Origin: Balanoglossus misakiensis
Lineage: Eukaryota > Animalia > Hemichordata
Length of the DNA stretch: 64,000 nt
Direction: 5' to 3'
Assembly: GCA_040954595.2 (NCBI GenBank)
Contig: CM082580.2
Location: 672,783-736,782 of the forward strand
Numbering within the stretch: position 1 is the first letter of the stretch; every line of letters starts with the position of its first letter. The notes beneath the pieces were generated by a model. The model had not been told where the DNA came from, did no database searches, and saw nothing but the letters and a program-made list of their open reading frames with translations. Shown piece after piece: positions 60,339 to 64,000 of the stretch. The position numbers were made by a program, and so were the translations under genes.

Positions 60339-61510
60339 TTGCCAGAACTATCGGTCAACTTGTTGCTCTCTTGCTCTCTAAAGGCCTTATCCTTCCAGGG
60401 GCTGGCAATCTTGGGATGCTTGGCCAGGTTGTTACGCAACTTCATGCAGGCTTCACATATGTGTTTGAATGCGCAATCCTCCTTCTCGCACTTGTTACTT
60501 TGGTATTTGAAACATACATTAATCTGATCCTTCTTTTTGGATTTGTCCGCTGTTTTATCACGTCTGATCTCGCCGATACGCGGCAGCAAATATAGCTCTC
60601 TCAGATCTGCGGTGTCATTTGCCCATGTTCTGAGTCCTGACTCCATGTCAGAGAGGAGCGCGCCCTCGAACTTCAAGATGGCGTCCCAGGGGAACAAATT
60701 GGCGTCTTTCATAAGCGACTGTAAGTGTTGTAATCGCTGCTGTTTCTCTGTGTCACTCAAAGTAGGAAGTTGCACTATCGCGAGATTACCTTCCACAAAT
60801 TCCGCCATTGACATATCATCGAATTTTGGTGGGGCGCCCGAGAATGTCCGAGCCCTGACGAACATGTGCGGCCATAGGACGTGCTGTCGCACACGATCGG
60901 TTCTGGTGTTGAACCGCATCGATTTCATTGGTACGTTACCTGCTTTGCTCTGCGCTGCTGTGTATAAACCGGACTGTGCCAGGAGTTGGTTCGGTTGGAG
61001 GTCTTCACCGCCGCCAGCGGCCCCTGTCGCTGGTAGCCACGGACTGCCTGATGGTAACGACCACTGCAATTGTGAGTCTTCTTTCGCCATCCTCTTGAGA
61101 TCGGGTAGCGTGAGTTGACTCAGGTCGTGACTTCTGGGACTTCCGCTCGAAGCAGCTGGCGGGCTGCGTCGTTCCTTCTCCAGTTTCATTTCTTTTAGTT
61201 GTTTTCTTAAATTGTCTACTTCAGATTGCTCCTGCAGTCTCGCTATCTCCGCCTGCAACTTCTCTTTCTCTGACCTCACATCTTCCCCGTCAGATGAAGT
61301 GTCTTCTTCCTTGACAGGTTTGCTACATTTCCCGCCTTTCGAACGAGCTGACGCCATTGGTACTTTGGAAAGTTTGGTGGGGGGGACCACGCGAACTTTT
61401 CGACCGGTCGATGCTCTTGTCGTAGTCTTACTGCGGGTTGCAGGTCCCTTTTTGGCGACTGGACTGGGCTCTATTCCCAAATCCAGCAGCTGTTGTTCAG
61501 TGTTCTCCAT
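59594..61510 (-). CDS. Gag-like ORF with Cys/His zinc-finger region, reading into the pol N-terminal linker
   Basis: Coiled coil, FPWDAILKFE..W, CFKYQSNKC..C.FKHICEAC..HP; stops only at the duplication junction. Confidence 0.85.
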   Translation of the reverse strand: MENTEQQLLDLGIEPSPVAKKGPATRSKTTTRASTGRKVRVVPPTKLSKVPMASARSKGGKCSKPVKEEDTSSDGEDVRSEKEKLQAEIARLQEQSEVDNLRKQLKEMKLEKERRSPPAASSGSPRSHDLSQLTLPDLKRMAKEDSQLQWSLPSGSPWLPATGAAGGGEDLQPNQLLAQSGLYTAAQSKAGNVPMKSMRFNTRTDRVRQHVLWPHMFVRARTFSGAPPKFDDMSMAEFVEGNLAIVQLPTLSDTEKQQRLQHLQSLMKDANLFPWDAILKFEGALLSDMESGLRTWANDTADLRELYLLPRIGEIRRDKTADKSKKKDQINVCFKYQSNKCEKEDCAFKHICEACMKLRNNLAKHPKIASPWKDKAFREQESNKLTDSSGKAEVDKSKQDSHDCDSNLIPKLNHRVKSAGTECNINDFYTLMGITDQAVHKCDRSVQTDMEIDISRSLSMCNPEVLRDAIVNPSSISEPVLSIDEPVTCTIANVASEHTGCFDTSVSRDNVDKYLCKTHTVDLIEPDIETDLDKQIPIESLAHTVGDTTEFACEISAHGSSDGMISDDHDVFVSDMFTVENVPNMGPPNPTLVDHSVPDTYPLGNDMQYSELSDTPVGGDVCPPSSWPQASPLDLKQR

Positions 61511-61841
61511 AATAACGGTGAGAAATTGAAATTGAGGCAGAGAGAGCGTGCACTGCAGGACACGCTCCGAACCCTTGAAGTGGCCGTGAGTGATGGATTA
61601 TGGGATTTTTGAGGCTCGTTTGAGGTTGAGGGCGCCCCTTTTCGAGTTGCTTAATTGGGTAACATTATGCCGTTGATCGCAATGTTACCTAAATTACTTG
61701 AGATCTCTCTAACACACAAACCAAGGACACAGGTTTGGCAGCTGAAGGCAAGAGCCATTATTTATTTACGTGAACTGGGGGCTCTTGCAGGCCCAACCAC
61801 TGCCAAACCCGGTCCGCCTCTCTGCTAGTGCCACAGTAAAA

Positions 61842-62867
61842 TCAGTGTGACGCGGAGATGTCTTTAATATGCTGACCCATTTGAAAGGACACCAGATAAC
61901 GAGTCTGAAATGGAATGTTAAGATAACGGAGATACGCGCTGGATTGCCAATCCCCTTGGAGTTTGATAAGCTCCCCAGGGACCCCACTTTCGAATGCAAA
62001 GGTTGCACCCCCACGACGGAGGCTGTGACCCGAGTACATGTCAGCAGGAAAGCCTGCCCTCTGAACTAAACATTTGATACTTTTCACCAGCCCTGAATGG
62101 GTCAAGGGGACCAATTTGCCACATTTGGGAAAAACAAATGCTGGGCTAGAGGGTGGGGCTGGGATGATCTCACACATGTGATTGTATGCCTGTAAAGGGC
62201 ACAACACCGAACCTGGAATGCGGGCAAGTGGAATAGTCAAACAGCGTTCGCGAAACTGAATGGTTTTTGACCAAGTCACGCCGATTATAAGGCCAGAATC
62301 TGAGGAAATGACTTTACCCCTACAGAGGTGTTTAGCCGGATCAAAGTCGGTTGCAGACTTCGGAACAAGATTTGACTTGCGAAAAAAGGAGAAAAACCCT
62401 ATCAAAAGGCATGCCCACAAAGTAACATCGAATGGAACAGCCACATCTAGAAGCCCGAAAAACTGTAGCAACAACTGGGGGGTGATGGGTAATTTCTGCC
62501 TCACTGGCTGGAAAGTGCTACGGGAAAGACATTTCAAAAGTAATTTGACAACATACTGATCAGCGGCCAATGGCGTGAAGCCATGGATTCTATGCAAGGT
62601 ACGAATTGCGTACAAATAATTCTGAATGGTGCCAGTAGCAGTTACTGATCTTGCAAGAAACTGGATAAATCTACACACTGTAAGAACAGATGCTGGAACA
62701 GGAGTAAAATTGAAAAACTGACAAAACAGGAAGTAACTCTTCAACTGTGACGACAAATTCCGACGAGTTCCTTCCGCTAATGCTGACCTCATTGAGATAG
62801 CGATTTGAGCGTCTAAGGCTTGGATAGTTTGGCAGTGATCTGAAATAAAAATAAAATCAGTCACCAC
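61842..62867 (-). CDS. Tyrosine recombinase, copy 2
   Basis: 341 aa; 2 substitutions versus copy 1 (H/R, L/I). Confidence 0.93.
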   Translation of the reverse strand: MVTDFIFISDHCQTIQALDAQIAISMRSALAEGTRRNLSSQLKSYFLFCQFFNFTPVPASVLTVCRFIQFLARSVTATGTIQNYLYAIRTLHRIHGFTPLAADQYVVKLLLKCLSRSTFQPVRQKLPITPQLLLQFFGLLDVAVPFDVTLWACLLIGFFSFFRKSNLVPKSATDFDPAKHLCRGKVISSDSGLIIGVTWSKTIQFRERCLTIPLARIPGSVLCPLQAYNHMCEIIPAPPSSPAFVFPKCGKLVPLTHSGLVKSIKCLVQRAGFPADMYSGHSLRRGGATFAFESGVPGELIKLQGDWQSSAYLRYLNIPFQTRYLVSFQMGQHIKDISASH

Positions 62868-64000
62868 TCATTGAGAAAGCGAATGTCATCCTCGGCGACT
62901 GGGTGCTCGGTCATTTGAGAAATATTAACAGATGATTTGAAGAGTTGCTCATAACTTGGGTCAAGATGCCAGCGACTGAGCGCATCAGCCAGCCGGTTCT
63001 CGGTGCCTGCGATGTGCACAGCACGTAGCTCAAACTCGTGAATCGCTGCTACCAGCCATAATTCCCTCAAGCAAGACAGCATTAGTTTATCCCTAGCTCT
63101 ACCGGTATTAATGACCCAAACTGTTGCCTGGTTGTCGCAAGAGACCTGTATTTTCTTTCCAGACCATCTATCACCCCAAATTTTTGCCGCTATAGTAATA
63201 GTGAGTAATTCGAGGGCATTAATGTGAGGGTCCCCAACCTTTACAAAGTCAGGGAACTCCACGTGGAAATACTCGTTGTCGCAAAGCCCCCCTCCCCCTG
63301 TTGGGCATGCATCCGAAGAAAATATTTCATCTGGCGGGCACCAACCTGACTCTTTAATGAGAGACACCCCATTATAAACCCTAATGAAATTAATCCACCA
63401 CCGTAGATCTGCCTTGAAATCACTGTTCAGATAGATATGGTAGTGATTGCGGGTGACGGTACGCAACACATCTAGCATTCTCGCCAGGAATAGCCTACCA
63501 GGCTTGACACATTTGGCAATAAAGGAAAGCTTGCCTATGAGTGATTGCAGCTCGCGCTTAGTTGCTTTTGTTTTAGTGACCCATACACCCAGCTCTTGCT
63601 CTATTTCATTAAGCCGGTCAGGAGTAACTTCCATAGTCATTGTAAGGGAGTTCAACTGGATTCCAAGAAAAGTCATGATTGATGACGGGGGCACCGCTTT
63701 GTGTTTGGCTTCTTGCAAACCCAGTCTATCCAGCGTGTCACCTAGCTCCGCAAATGCCTTGTGGGCTTTGTTGGAGGTCTCTGCACCACCGAAGTCGTCA
63801 AGGTAATTAACACAGTCATACCCTTTCGTGGAATAGATATAAGAAACCGCATTAGTGGTGCGCTGGCAGGCTAGCGCTGCGGTTCGCAAGCCAAATGGCA
63901 ATGTAAGGTCAAAGAACAATAAATTACGCCACGTGTAGCCCAGCAAATGGTAGTCCGCTGGATCGACTGGTATTTGCCGATAAGCTCTGCTTAAATCGCG
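62861..64000 (-). CDS. RT/RNase H, copy 2 (5'-truncated by the window)
   Basis: YLDD and RNase H motifs; one V/L difference versus copy 1. Confidence 0.93.
   Translation of the reverse strand, partial: RDLSRAYRQIPVDPADYHLLGYTWRNLLFFDLTLPFGLRTAALACQRTTNAVSYIYSTKGYDCVNYLDDFGGAETSNKAHKAFAELGDTLDRLGLQEAKHKAVPPSSIMTFLGIQLNSLTMTMEVTPDRLNEIEQELGVWVTKTKATKRELQSLIGKLSFIAKCVKPGRLFLARMLDVLRTVTRNHYHIYLNSDFKADLRWWINFIRVYNGVSLIKESGWCPPDEIFSSDACPTGGGGLCDNEYFHVEFPDFVKVGDPHINALELLTITIAAKIWGDRWSGKKIQVSCDNQATVWVINTGRARDKLMLSCLRELWLVAAIHEFELRAVHIAGTENRLADALSRWHLDPSYEQLFKSSVNISQMTEHPVAEDDIRFLNEW

Larger units (their letters stand above)
55617..61690 (-). mobile_element. Ngaro-type (DIRS order) tyrosine-recombinase retrotransposon, copy 1
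   Basis: gag, RT/RNase H (no methyltransferase domain) and YR. Split direct repeats A1 (61690-61528) ... B1 (56140-56034), A2 (56033-55871), spacer, B2 (55721-55617). Confidence 0.9.
61691..64000 (-). mobile_element. Ngaro-type element copy 2 (3' part), head-to-tail with copy 1
   Basis: Near-identical to copy 1 at offset 5657. Its B repeat abuts the A repeat that precedes copy 1 gag. Runs off the window. Confidence 0.9.

Noticed and set aside
55617-64000. Prophage/integron or LTR retrotransposon (recombinase plus RT)
   Set aside because: The gag-RT/RH-YR order, split direct repeats and lack of protease, DDE integrase and methyltransferase indicate a Ngaro-type element.

Overview
Animal (probably marine invertebrate) genomic DNA that is almost entirely repeats and transposons. 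1-24310 is a 90-bp (variant 74-bp) satellite with higher-order duplications. It carries insertions from three unrelated DNA-transposon types (P-like MITE in two copies, Kolobok-like MITE, CMC/EnSpm-like element), all at the same ~11-bp spot of the monomer. 25164-35313 holds 11 minus-strand exons of an uninflatable-like CUB/CCP/EGF gene with four separate disabling lesions, and its introns are full of MITEs. 35513-55619 is a 78-bp satellite split by an apparently complete ~16.5-kb Helentron (36400-52912). The Helentron encodes a herpesvirus-type deubiquitinase-Rep-PIF1 helicase-AP-endonuclease polyprotein and a separate 4-exon RPA70-like gene that the ORF track misses. From 55617 to the window end are head-to-tail Ngaro-type (DIRS order) tyrosine-recombinase retrotransposons. 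The first copy has a 734-bp duplication that breaks what would otherwise be a fused gag-pol ORF. All calls come from reading the sequence by eye; no database searches were run.
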